DNA from: Lepidodermella squamata
Taxonomy: Eukaryota; Animalia; Gastrotricha
NCBI GenBank assembly: GCA_047495785.1
Contig: JBLDXI010000020.1
Span: 2,604,001-2,668,000, forward strand
Direction: 5' to 3'
DNA length: 64,000 nt
Shown in pieces: positions 52,255 through 64,000 of the stretch (the first letter of the stretch is position 1; the number at the start of each line of letters is the position of its first letter). The translations under genes were made by a program, and so were the position numbers. Below the pieces are notes generated by a model that worked only from the letters and a program-made list of their open reading frames with translations, did not search any database and was not told the origin of the DNA.

Positions 52255-54141
52255 ATGGCTGTTTCCATTCCAGCCTACCTGCAAATTCTGCTAATAATGG
52301 CGATGGTTGTTCAGGCAGTCTCGTCGTCATCTATCTTCGCGTAAATTGGAAGAAATCAACGCCAACATGTCACCCGACCTCGTCAAGCTGATTTCAACAA
52401 CTAAATACGCTCTATTCGTCGCTGATGTAGCATCTCGATCTCACGCCAAGCCGATGATTGCCATTTCTCAAGAAATGATTAAACGCGGCCATCGAACAGC
52501 TTTCGCCAGCGCCATGGAAGAGGCGAGAACATGGGTGAAACCAGGCCAATTTGGTAATTTTATCAAGCTGAAGTCGACCGAAGAATACCTGAATCCTGAT
52601 ACACATTCCAATCAAACAAGCAATTTCGCTATAGACCTCGTAAGGGACAATCCTGAGACGCCAGGTAAAATAATTTTTCGAACAAATTATTTAAAATGTT
52701 TTAAAAATTACAGTTTTTGAATTGGCCGCGAAAATATTGCGTTTATTCATACTGTCGAACTATTATGAAGGCGCTTTCCGCAGTTTAAAAGACTCTTGTG
52801 AGCAAGATCGGCCTGACATTCTCGTCTGTGATTGGAAAAACGAGTTGCTCAAATCAAGGTGTTGAACCACCCAGCTGTTCATCTTTTTGTTAGCCACGGT
52901 GGAATGGAGAGCGTTCTCGAAGGCTTTTTAGCCGGGAAGCCAATTATTGTAAATCCTCTCTACGCTGATCAGCCGATGAATGCAATGCGGGCGAAAGAGC
53001 TGGGCGTGGCTGAAATCATCGAAAAAGGACCAGCCGACGCTGTTCAACGGCAAATGTGTGCCTATTCGAGTCAATTATTAGCTCGTTTCCGCAGCAGGGA
53101 AGAAACGTTGATGCAAAATTTGGCGAAAACTGGCGCGGCGTTCTACTACAACGCGCAGAGATTTGAACAGGCAGTGGATGTCATAGAAATGGAAATGGCA
53201 ATTGGGTCAGATCACTTGCGAATGTTTGAAGATGAGGCTGCGTTCTACAGGCTTTATGACCTTGACCTTTACGCAGCGCTTTTATTGCCTGTTTTCGCAA
53301 TTTTATTGCTTTTAAAGCGACGATGCTGCAAAAGCAAAAAATCATCTAAATCCATAGATAAATAAATAAGAGAGATCTGACACGCTAGTACATTTATGTG
53401 TGCCGAAATGAGTCATCACGATTTTTTGCTTTCTTGGTCGCGTGACCTGTAAATCACTTGTCAAGAGCTCTATAAGCAATACGGTCAAATCAACGCAACT
53501 GACAAGTGATTTCGGGTGGCTACTTCACCTCACTCTATCTCAAAAGACCCCATCTTCAATTTTCTCCAAAAAAATAGGACATGTATATCTCACCTTCAAC
53601 TCAACGCTTGTAAAACCGGAAATTCCGGCCGGGGAACGGTTTTTGGTAGAAAAATTCTAAAAGATGCAAGTTTCCACACAGTGATTATTATTGCTTTTTC
53701 GAGCTTTTTGCAAAAAATCGCCAGATGAATCACAGCGTCATCTGCAATAATTATGATTCACGCCACCAAAAAAACTAGCGCCATTAAATTGATTGCTGAA
53801 ATGTGGAAGATTTGAAAAATTCTAGGAAATTAACGGAAGGCCGGCCGCGAATTCGGAAAAAATGTAGATGTAGCTCGAGTTTGATACTTCAAAATAAAAT
53901 TAGTTCGGAGAAAATCGAAGGAGGCGTGTTTTGAGATAAATTGAGGTGAAGTAGCCACCCGAAATCACTTGTCACTTGCGTTGATTATGCCGTATTTTTT
54001 ATAGTGATGTTGACAAGTGATTTTCAGGCCACGCGACCAAGAAGCAAAAACTCTTGATGAATCATTTCGGCACACATAAATGTACTAGCGTGTCAGATCT
54101 CTCTTATTTATTTATCTATGTCTAAATCAAAGAAAGAATGA
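52255..54141 (+). pseudogene. UGT pseudogene (duplicate of 47794-49506)
   Basis: Frameshift after the signal peptide (stop 52342-44), a 613-bp internal deletion at ~52836, and a transposon inserted in the final codons. Confidence 0.88.
53353..54120. mobile_element. Non-autonomous DNA transposon with ~200-bp TIRs (P- or hAT-like)
   Basis: CATAGATAAATAAATAAGAGAGATCTGACACGC... and its reverse complement at the other end. Perfect 8-bp TSD TCTAAATC (53345-52 and 54121-28). Confidence 0.92.
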
Positions 54142-54597
54142 AGTCTCGCTCTCAATCTTCAGAATAAAACATTAAGGTGGCTTTATAAACCATCTTTATT
54201 TAATATAAATAATCAGTGTATTGAATCGCTTGTTCCGCCCAGATTATCACATTTCAACAAGTCCAGAAAGCGAAAAATGGGGCTTTGCAAATTTTTCGTA
54301 TTTTCCGGCAGATCGTGAACAAGTGTGTTATCTCGTATCCTGATAAAATCTGAGAAGTGGTACGTTTATTGCTCAGTTGGGCTATTGGTCCAAGACCTCA
54401 ATCAAAATGTAATTGGCAAAAAATGAGATATCCCAATTGCCAATTCGAAAAAGATTATTTGATTCGACATATATTTATATGAAAAAATGATAAGGCGGAA
54501 ATATTGTTTGGAGATAAGGATGTGTCATGATAAGAACTTAGTACAAGCCTCAGTTTGGATAAGCCCAGCCAGCGCGATAATCGTAGTGCTTCCAGAA

Positions 54598-55929
54598 ATG
54601 GCTTTGACAGATTTCCTATTATCCACGTTAATTTTAGCGGCCACAAAGCAGTCAGGCCTTGATGTTGGAACCTCGGCTGATTACCAAATCTACCCAAGAG
54701 CTCTCGGCAACTTCACTGTCGGCCAGGTTCTAGTCTTTGGAGATGCCGTCAAGTGGCCCGGGGTGACAGCTGAAAATACTCCTAAAATTAGCTCGATAAT
54801 GCGGGATGAACTGGCGAAAATCGCCGAGAATCCAGGAATTCCTGGGGTTAATGTCATCATTTCGCGGCTTTCAGATGCTACGCAATTGATGGTTAAAGAT
54901 GGAATTAGCGCAGAATTTGACATTTCAACAAAATTAACGTATTTGACGAACGCGACTGATCTCGAAAAGGTTCGATCGCAGCTGGAAGAGATACTTGTGG
55001 GTAGCATTGAAGAAATAGCGTTGAAAGGAGGATTCGACGCGTCATTTGGCCACGGAACTGCAGTTTTCATCAATGTGACCAAAGTTGAAGCTATTCCCGT
55101 TGACAACTCAGCTGATTTTCAAATCTATCCAAGACTCATCGGCCATTTCACCGTCGGGCAAGTTCTACTCGATCAAAACGCCGTCAAGTGGCCTGGAGTC
55201 ACAGCTGAAAATACTCCTAAAATAATTTCGATAATGCGGGATGAGCTAGTGAAAATTGCCGAAAACGCAGGAATTCCTGGGGTTAGCGTGAGAATTTCGA
55301 GGCTTTCCGAAGCCACTCAATGGATGGTTAACGATGGAATTAGCGCGGAATTTAACATTTCAACAAAATTGACATATTTGACTAACGCGACTGATCTTGA
55401 AAAAGTTCGGTTGGAGCTGGAAGAGATATTTATGGGTAGCATTGAAGACATCTCTTCAAAAGGAGGCTTCAACTCAACATTTGGCTATGGAACCCCGGTA
55501 ATCATCAATGTTACTAAAGTTGAAGCTGTCCCAGTTAATTCTAATCCAGATTCAGGTAAACTAAATTTGATTTGCCAGACTTCGAATTTCAATGAAATTA
55601 TCTTAAAGGAATGGACGAAGGGACGCTCATCGCGATTATAGTAGCATGTTCAACAGGAGGATTAGCGCTGATTCTACTAACAGTTTACATTCTTCTACGA
55701 TATCGACTAAAGTGAGGAAATAATTTTGGAATTCCAAGAAAATTTGATCAAATTTTACATTATTTCTAGCAAAATGATCACATCCCCTGGAAGTTCCCGC
55801 ACTAACAGCTACACCAATCAATGCTACACGACTTCAGAGGCAACTCAATCGACTGTAATAATCACTGATCAAACTTCAAATAGCAAACAGCAAAAATCAA
55901 ATTACGACTCATTTGTGGAGGCTTTTTAA
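54598..55929 (+). CDS. Type I membrane protein with two tandem ~138-aa SEA-like repeats
   Basis: Putative signal peptide MALTDFLLSTLILAA. Two highly similar repeats (ADYQIYPR.../ADFQIYPR...). Introns lead to TM MDEGTLIAIIVACSTGGLALILLTVYILL and a Ser/Thr tail. Confidence 0.8.
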
Positions 55930-56006
55930 TATGAGTAAAACAGAAATATTGACCTTGAAAAAATTGAGAATTTATTAAAAAGCTAAAAAAGGAATTATAA
56001 TATTGT

Positions 56007-56389
56007 TTAAAATTCTGATTCGAAGGCGACGTTGGTTGAACTGAGCGGGGTCGGTCGAATTTCTTCCAAGGGAATATTTTCCGGTTTTTTCGCCGATTTT
56101 TCAGGCTCACGAGGTTCAGTTTTTGGTCTTTCTGGGTCAGCGTTCTGTTGTTGGTCGCTGCTGAAAAAATAATCAAATTATGAAGCAATCAAATTATTAG
56201 GTTAAAATTTACTCACATTTCCTCTTCGTCCTCTACAATGCAACATCTCAAAGATAGGACAACTATGATTGCGATGAGTAAAATTCCGAAAATTGACGAA
56301 CTGACGATGAGGGAGATGAAATCAGCGACTCGAACTATCTCCAACTCCTCTTCCAACTCTTCGCAGTCTATCCACTCGTCGTCGGACAT
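56007..56389 (-). CDS. Small single-pass membrane protein, unknown function
   Basis: Acidic N-terminus, TM FISLIVSSSIFGILLIAIIVVLSL followed by RCC, a GTGAGT...TTTCAG intron, and a charged tail ending ESEF. The start is uncertain. Confidence 0.55.
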
Positions 56390-57070
56390 ATTATGGGGCA
56401 AATAAATCGCAGCAAAAGCAAGTTGGCAAGTGGTAATAAACTGCAGTTACTTACACATGTCCGCCCACTTTTAACTTACTTGCTTGTTTCCTCATTGTTC
56501 AGGACATTAAGTATATGGGAAACTAATTTCCCACGATAAGACGGTGTTATCTCAATGCTGGGATTTGAAATACACGATCAATTGATAAAACGGTAAATTT
56601 AACCGCGAAACAGTCCAACTTTGGGACCAAAACAATTTGAATAAATTTGCAATAGTAAATTAAGATCCACATCCATTAAAACATGGTGACTACCAAAATC
56701 GATATTGGAAAATTTTGGTAGTTTCGAAGCAGTGAATTCGCTGGAAAAGGTCGACCTCAACGTCGAGATTTTCGATTTTTTATCGATATTCCGCATTTCG
56801 ATCGCCAAAAAATCGCAAACTTGAAAACCTGAATGAGCTTTTTTCAGCTTTTTGGTTTCGATTAGCATTGTTATCGCACACGCTCATATCTGGCCACCGG
56901 AAACTAAAGATAAAGATAAAATTGAATATCGGAGTAAAGAAGCACTGAAAATATGACTTATGTCAACGTGGCAACGTTTTTCACAGAAAATACTATCCCG
57001 CCCTTTTTTAGGGTTTTTCCACAAATCTAGATAGCTCACTAATAAATTCTCTTGAGTTAAAAAATTAACC

Positions 57071-57875
<805 letters not shown>

Positions 57876-57953
57876 CAAAAAAAACGAACAAAAATTGATT
57901 ATTTTATGCCCGCGAAATTAAGAAATAAAATCGGCAGCTTTTTTCATTTTTTA

Positions 57954-58910
57954 TTATGAATCATCCTCAGCAATATCAGAGGGAACGAGGCGCCAATCTG
58001 GATACACCTGTCGATCAGTGATAAAATTGCCTTTGAAGTCTGAAACTCGATCATCCCAAGGTCCAGTAACTCGACTCGCGAGGTAAAGAACTGAATCCGC
58101 CCCTTCACCCACGCTTTTCACGCCATTAGGATTCATATCAGTCTTAATACTACCTGAAAAAAGATAATTTTTTATATATAAAAAATGCGAGATAAAAATT
58201 CGGGAATTACCAGGACAAACCGTATTTATTGCCAGATTTTTATCTTTGCTGATCGGTAAATTTTGGATTATTACCGAAAATTGCGAAATTGCCGCGTGAG
58301 TGAAACCCATCGGGATAAGGTCGCCAATTTTAAAGTTCAAATGAAGCGATTTATTCGGGTCGACCTTGAGCCAACCCAACTGTTTCAGGTCCTGATTTTC
58401 AGCCGTCAAAGCTTCGATGAAATTGTTGACAAATGCCGAGAGATCTTCGCAAGATTTCGTCGAATCAAGCTGAAGTTGCCGTTCAGGGGTCAATTTGTGA
58501 TAGAAGAATCTTGCCAGTCGACTAGAAATGTTGATAACACTCGCATTTTGCGTCATCAAAGGAAGTAATTCCAGGGTGACTTGAAGCGTGCCAAAATAAT
58601 TTATTCCGATCATTTGCCGGATCGAACCAAGGTCTGACGTAGCCATGACTCCAGCATTATTGATCAATAAATCAATCCCATCTGGATGGTTAATTTTCAG
58701 GTATTCTTTGAACTCGAGAATGCTTCCTGAATCAGCGATATCGAGCCGGTGAAAACAGACATTTTTCAAGCCAAGCGATTCAGCGGCTGATTTTCCGCGA
58801 ATTTCGTCGCGAGATGTGAGATAGATTGTCCAAGACGAGTTCGTTTCGGCCAGCGATTTCACAATCTGGTAACCCAGACCTCGATTTGCGCCTGTAACTA
58901 TAGCTATCAT
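57954..58910 (-). CDS. Carbonyl reductase (CBR1)-like short-chain dehydrogenase with atypical active site
   Basis: Motifs IVTGANRGLG, YLTSRDEIRG, LINNAG, INYFGT, INISS, the CBR-type helical insertion ending GW, and VCPG..KTDM. One in-frame intron. The start could be 58970. Confidence 0.85.
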   Translation of the reverse strand: MIAIVTGANRGLGYQIVKSLAETNSSWTIYLTSRDEIRGKSAAESLGLKNVCFHRLDIADSGSILEFKEYLKINHPDGIDLLINNAGVMATSDLGSIRQMIGINYFGTLQVTLELLPLMTQNASVINISSRLARFFYHKLTPERQLQLDSTKSCEDLSAFVNNFIEALTAENQDLKQLGWLKVDPNKSLHLNFKIGDLIPMGFTHAAISQFSVIIQNLPISKDKNLAINTVCPGNSRIFISHFLYIKNYLFSGSIKTDMNPNGVKSVGEGADSVLYLASRVTGPWDDRVSDFKGNFITDRQVYPDWRLVPSDIAEDDS

Positions 58911-59085
58911 GATACAGAGGTTAGGTTTCAGTTTCAAAATGTCACTAACTAATTGAAAATATTTGCCCATCTGGGTAACTAGAACGCGCGTGCCAAGCCA
59001 TCTGATGCATATCTGAAGCCTATTAAGGGCAGCAAAGTTATTTCGTCAGGCTCAGATAATTTTACACAAATTTAATGCTTACACT

Positions 59086-62000
59086 ATGAAGTTGTTGTTA
59101 GCCCTAACGTTAATCTCATTAGGATGTATTTTCTGCTTGGCGGATAAGTTAAATCAGGTTAGCAATATATATAACACAATTTCCGACGATTTTTACCTGG
59201 AATTATTTCAGCACCAGAAACGAAACAACGAAGAAGAGGAGGAATACCAGGCAACTGATTTAGCCGACAATGAAGAGGAATCAGAAAACATCGACGATCT
59301 CTTGCAAGAAATTGGCGAGCTAGCCGTCAGAAAATACGGATCAGCATCGGTAAAAAAATTTCATTTCTTTCATGAAAATTTCAATAATAATTAATTCAGG
59401 AGCATCGCGGCGTGGGTGATGAGTGGCCGATAATTCCTGTAAATTTCAATAACGATGAAATTACGGCTGATATGCTTGAAGCTGGAGAAAACGATCTCGG
59501 TTCAACGCCTAGCCAAGAAGATGGCGAAGTCCGAGAAGAGGAAGAAGAAGAAGCCGAAGCCGAAGCAGATGATTTTGCGCCCCAAACTGAGGCTAATAAC
59601 GGCGATGAAAACGAAGTATCAGAACTTGAGTCCACCTCTGATGTTGAAAGCGAAGACCGGTCAGCTCTCGAAGATTGCAACATCGTGCTCACGAAGCAGC
59701 AAGCTCGGGCTATGTTGTACGATTTGAAGAAGGAATTGCGAATGGAATCGGGCGATGAGCGAGGTCTGGACAGCTTTGCTAAACTCTGGGAGTTACCTAT
59801 TCCATATTTCATCAGCAATACTTTCAGTAAGTTTGTGCTTCAACATTTCAGATTGATTTAATCTTATTTGAATAATCAGATGAATCAGAGAAGAGCAGTA
59901 TTCGTGCCGGTTCTAAAATGTGGGAGACCGAAACGTGCATTCGATTCAAGGAAACTAAACAGCCGTCAAAGACTAATCCCGGCATTACCATTCAGCCGGG
60001 CAAAGGGTGAATTTCGCACCGAAATAAACTTCTATTATTTTAATAATTATTTAACTCTTTATTTCAGCTGCTCGTCGAATGTAGGTCAAACTGGGCCTGG
60101 CTATCAAAACTTGACCTTGGAAAGAAACGACCACTGCTTTCGCGTAATTTCCCTTTGACCTAATTTAGACGTAAAAAACTTTTATTGCTATGGTAGCTCG
60201 CTACAATCGCCCACGAATTTGCTCATGCTCTTGGAATGGTAATGAAATAATTTCGAAAAAAATCGTGAATATTCAAATTTTTTCAGAAACACGAGCATTC
60301 TCGCGCAGATCGAGAGGGAAGTGTCCGGGTGAACGAACAACTCGTTCCAGCGTAAGAATTTTCTAGCCGCTAACTCATGTTTACCCTAATTTTGAATGAT
60401 TCATCAGGAATATGCGCCATAACTATATTCCTATGGACCCTGATCGCGACTACAACTACGACACGCCTTACGACTTCCAGTCAGCGTTGCACTACCCCTC
60501 TGGTACAAAGTCATTCAGAGTAGTTGAACCTCTCGACATGCGATTCTGGTCGTCGATGGGCCAACGCAACGAACTGTCCTTCATCGACGTAAAACGCATC
60601 AACTTTCATTACCACTGCATAGGTAAATATATTAAATATTTAAAGTTCGTTTTTTTTTAATTTAATTTTTAAATTTGCATAGAAAAGAAATGCTCAGGTG
60701 TAGTTCTACGCAATCCGTGCCGTAACGGTGGTTATCAGGACCCAAATAACTGCAATCGTTGCAAGTGTCCGCCTGGTTACAGCGGCGCCTATTGTACGGT
60801 GATTCCAAAATCAACTCCGTCATCATGCGGCGGTGAGATTAAAATCAGCCCTGGGGAAACAAAAATCATCCGCTCGCCAAATTACCCAAAATCTTACCCT
60901 CCAAACGCTCGCTGCACGTGGTGGATCAAAGCCGTAAGCTCTATTCTTTATTTAATTTTGAGCATTAAATTCCATTTTTTCATAAATTTTCAGCCAAAAG
61001 GAAGTGGCTTGCTGTTTGGATTCGAAAAACGTCCCGACGTTTATTGCTTCAAAAATTGTAATTATCATTTATTTTTTATCCACGTGACCGTATTTTTTGC
61101 CTTTATAAGCTTTCTGTCGAGATTTTGTCGAAATCCGCACCGATGATAATCCTCTGATGGATGGGCCAAGGTAGCAAAAGAAAATAATTAGCTGAAATTA
61201 TTTTTTTTCAATTTTTTTCTTGAGGTTTTGCCGCTGTGGAATCAGCAATGGTCGCGTTGTCACGACGAAGAAGAACAAAGCCATCGTCATGTTCAATTCC
61301 TACGACAGGGTTTCGAAAAAAGATTCGTTAGGCTTCCATTTGGTCGTCTACGCGACAAAGCGAGGTCAAGACGCGTTGAAACTCGCCAAAAGCGATTGCC
61401 GCCTCACGAGTACAGGCTTCGATTATTCCGGACCGCGCGCTACAACAGATTCCGGCGAGGAATGCCTGGCGTGGTCGAAGCAGACCGAATTCGCTGCGGA
61501 GTTGTTTCCGGAATTTAAAACGGTTGGAAATAAATGCCGGAACCCGAATAGTGCCGCGGCGCCTTGGTGCTTTTTGGCTTCGGATCCGAAGAAGCGCGAA
61601 TTCTGCAAAGGCATTCCGAAGTGCCAAGATTTGGCTTCAACGAGCTCGGTAAAATAATTTAAAATTTATTTATCTTATCAATTTATTTTTTTCGAATTCA
61701 ATTTTTTTCATTTAAAAAATGAATTTTTCCTAATTTATTAAAGGGATCAGATGCAGTTGAAGAGTTTTATTCGATTTCGTCAATTGGCGAGACTGATTGG
61801 AAATCAGCTGCTCGAACGTGCCGTCGTAAAGACCAGCAACTAGCAACCCTGAAAAATCCGACCGAAATCAAAGCAGCCGCAGCCGTTCTCGCCGGTAACG
61901 CTGCTTGGATCGGACTTCGTTACATCAAGGCACAAAAGGGCATGTGGATCGACGGCACTGATTTTCAGTTCGACTCGTCAACTTACTGGCTGCCTGGCGA

Positions 62001-62794
62001 ACCGTCCAATGCCGGCGAGTGTCTGAGCTATCAAACGACAGACGGACTCGTCGGATTCAATGATGACTTTTGCGTCAAGAAAAAAGCCGTTTTGTGCCAA
62101 AATACGGTAAGTTTTTAAATCACCAAGCCTAAAGTCGAGGGAAAAAATTGCGTTGCCTAATAAAAAAGTTATTCCTCAATTTCATCATCAAAATTTGAAA
62201 TTTATTTGAAATTTAAATTTTTTATTTCCGAATTTTCGTAAATTTTTGAAGGCGAGGAAAACTCGAAGCGATTTATTGTTCTCCCGAATTTTTCAGATTT
62301 CCTCCAATTTTCTCCGATTTTTTGAGCAATTTATCATTTTTTCTCTTGAATTTGAAAATTTTGAAAATTTTGACAATTTGATTTTTTTCTAAATTTACTA
62401 GGACATGCAATATGTCGTAGTAAAGAACAAGATGTCTTGGCCCGATGCTGTTGCCTTTTGCCGTGAAGAAGGCGGTCGGCTGGCTATACTCGCCAATGCT
62501 ATCGGCGAAGATGCGGCTCGAGCGGCGTACCGAGAAGCCGGCGTGACTTCAGCCTGGCTCGGTTCGAGGCGCTTGAACCAAGGCCAGTGGCTGTGGATCG
62601 ACGGTGAACTTTCATCCGAAACGCCGGAAACAGACGGAAAAACGAATCTTTGTATGTTCAAATTTTCGAGATTTTCTAAAATTTTCTTATCGAAATATCC
62701 TATGTCCATAGGTGCTGTGATCTCGAGCGATGGCTCCATTGAAAGCAGCGAATGCGACGCATCGTATTCAGTGCTCTGCGAGAGGAGCGGATAA
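59086..62794 (+). CDS. Astacin metalloprotease with EGF, CUB, kringle and two C-type lectin domains
   Basis: Signal peptide and acidic pro-region. HEFAHALGM|KHEHSRADR zinc motif across an intron, then YDFQSALHY. EGF CRNGGYQDPNNCNRCKCPPGYSG, CUB CGG..IRSPNYP..CTW, kringle YSG..T.SG..CLAW..NKCRNP..PWCF, and CTLs with WIGL..EPS..FND and SWPDA..C..WLG. Confidence 0.88.
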
Positions 62795-63117
62795 TCATCA
62801 TTTATCAAACTGCTATGTCAAACATTTTAATGTTTTGTTATTTCGCTGATCAATTTTGTTATGTGGCTTGTTATAATAAAGTGGATGAAGACCCTGGTAG
62901 TATTGTGCGGATTTTTCTTTTTTTCAAGTGTAGGGGTTGTTGGGGCAATTTTAGATCCATAACGTGATTTTTTTTCAACAATTTTCCAACACGAACATAG
63001 CAAGTTTAAATACCCCCGCCATTATCCCGACTTTGAAAATTCAAAAATGAGAGAAATAACTCCAGATTCTGAGCACATTTATGGGTCTGAATGTTTGCGC
63101 AACTAAAAAGGTTCAGA

Positions 63118-63408
63118 GGTTCAACTCTGAAACTAAGCGTCCTGGAACTAAACTTTTCCAATTCTTTGCGAACTTCGTTTGTTGACTGATACTGATTTGT
63201 AAAATCGATACTTGGAATCGATATAGGCTTTACAGGCGGAAGTATAACTTGTAAAGTGACTGCCCATAGCGCAGAATACGCCTAATGTGGAGATCTATCG
63301 GTTGTAGGCAATGTAACAAAACAAAACATCATGATTTTAAGGATAAAGCTCTAAAAACCATAATTTGGTGAAATCTAGTGCTGGAGTCTCGAATTGAGTA
63401 CTGGAACC
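63118..63408. mobile_element. Shorter copy of repeat family A
   Basis: Collinear similarity with 6418-7052, including both ends. Confidence 0.6.
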
Positions 63409-63722
63409 CTAAATTAAAGTTGGCAGAGCCCATATTATATTATTTATAAATCCGATTCGGCTATGGGATCCAATTAGGCTTTGGAGAAATGACGCAAACT
63501 CAGGATAAAACAGTGTTTGAAATGATTTTTTATTTCCAGTTTCAATGTGGCGTTTTGTGTGTACCCGCTCATTTTAACCTGCGCAGCTATAGACGGCCAG
63601 GCGGCACCGGGGCGCGTGCTCAAACAAGCGCATCTGCTACCTGTCACAGTGTATAAAAACTGAACCGCGAATCGTGGCCCCTCAAAGCAGTAGCTAAAAC
63701 ATATCTTCAACAAAACAGCAAA

Positions 63723-64000
63723 ATGATAAGATTTTTATTACTATCTACCGCCTTGTTGTATTTTTGTTGTTACCCGGCGCAATCATCAGCTGAAAATCAT
63801 CCAAATCAGGTGAGAAAATTTGCCGTGTTTTTTTAATAAAAATAATTTATTAAATTTGCAGGCTCGTCATGCGCGCGAAGAAAATTTCGAAGATGAAGAG
63901 CTGTTTCAAGAAAACGATGGAGAAATTGGAGACGCCGAGCATGAAGCTGAGCAGCTGCACGATGTCTTGAACGAATTGGGCGATCTTGCTGCGAAACGAT
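63723..64000 (+). CDS. 5' part of a paralog of the 59086 astacin (truncated by the window end)
   Basis: Signal peptide ending NQ|GT at the same intron position as in the astacin. The acidic segment LHDVLNELGDLAAKR matches IDDLLQEIGELAVRK. Confidence 0.7.

Overview
This is a compact, gene-dense invertebrate (metazoan) nuclear sequence, not prokaryotic. Introns are short, AT-rich and mostly GT-AG (about 40-60 nt), so most supplied ORFs are exons or antisense noise. Gene models rebuilt by hand, in order: a tandem LOTUS/Tudor cluster (germ-granule/piRNA type), a TE-rich spacer, a spartin-like senescence-domain gene, ALDH9A1, a DRAM/TMEM150 gene, a ~2745-aa type I membrane protein (12 MAM domains, mucin stalk, SEA-like domain), a small single-pass protein, four tandem cytosolic sulfotransferases, a divergent T-type (Cav3) channel on the minus strand, a UGT with a pseudogenised duplicate, a protein with two SEA-like domains, another small TM protein, a Rab6-like GTPase, a carbonyl-reductase-like SDR, an astacin-EGF-CUB-kringle-2xCTL protease and the start of its paralog. 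Several DNA-transposon derivatives with clear TIRs/TSDs and a decayed RLE-type non-LTR RT are interspersed. The most unusual items are the Cav3 with an E-D-D-D filter and a DII insertion, the modular LOTUS/Tudor trio sharing a DSGLS motif, an unnamed ~135-aa extracellular domain shared by two genes 30 kb apart, a candidate ~250-nt structured ncRNA, and an SDR whose YxxxK reads MxxxH. All family calls come from motif recognition by eye; no database search was run.
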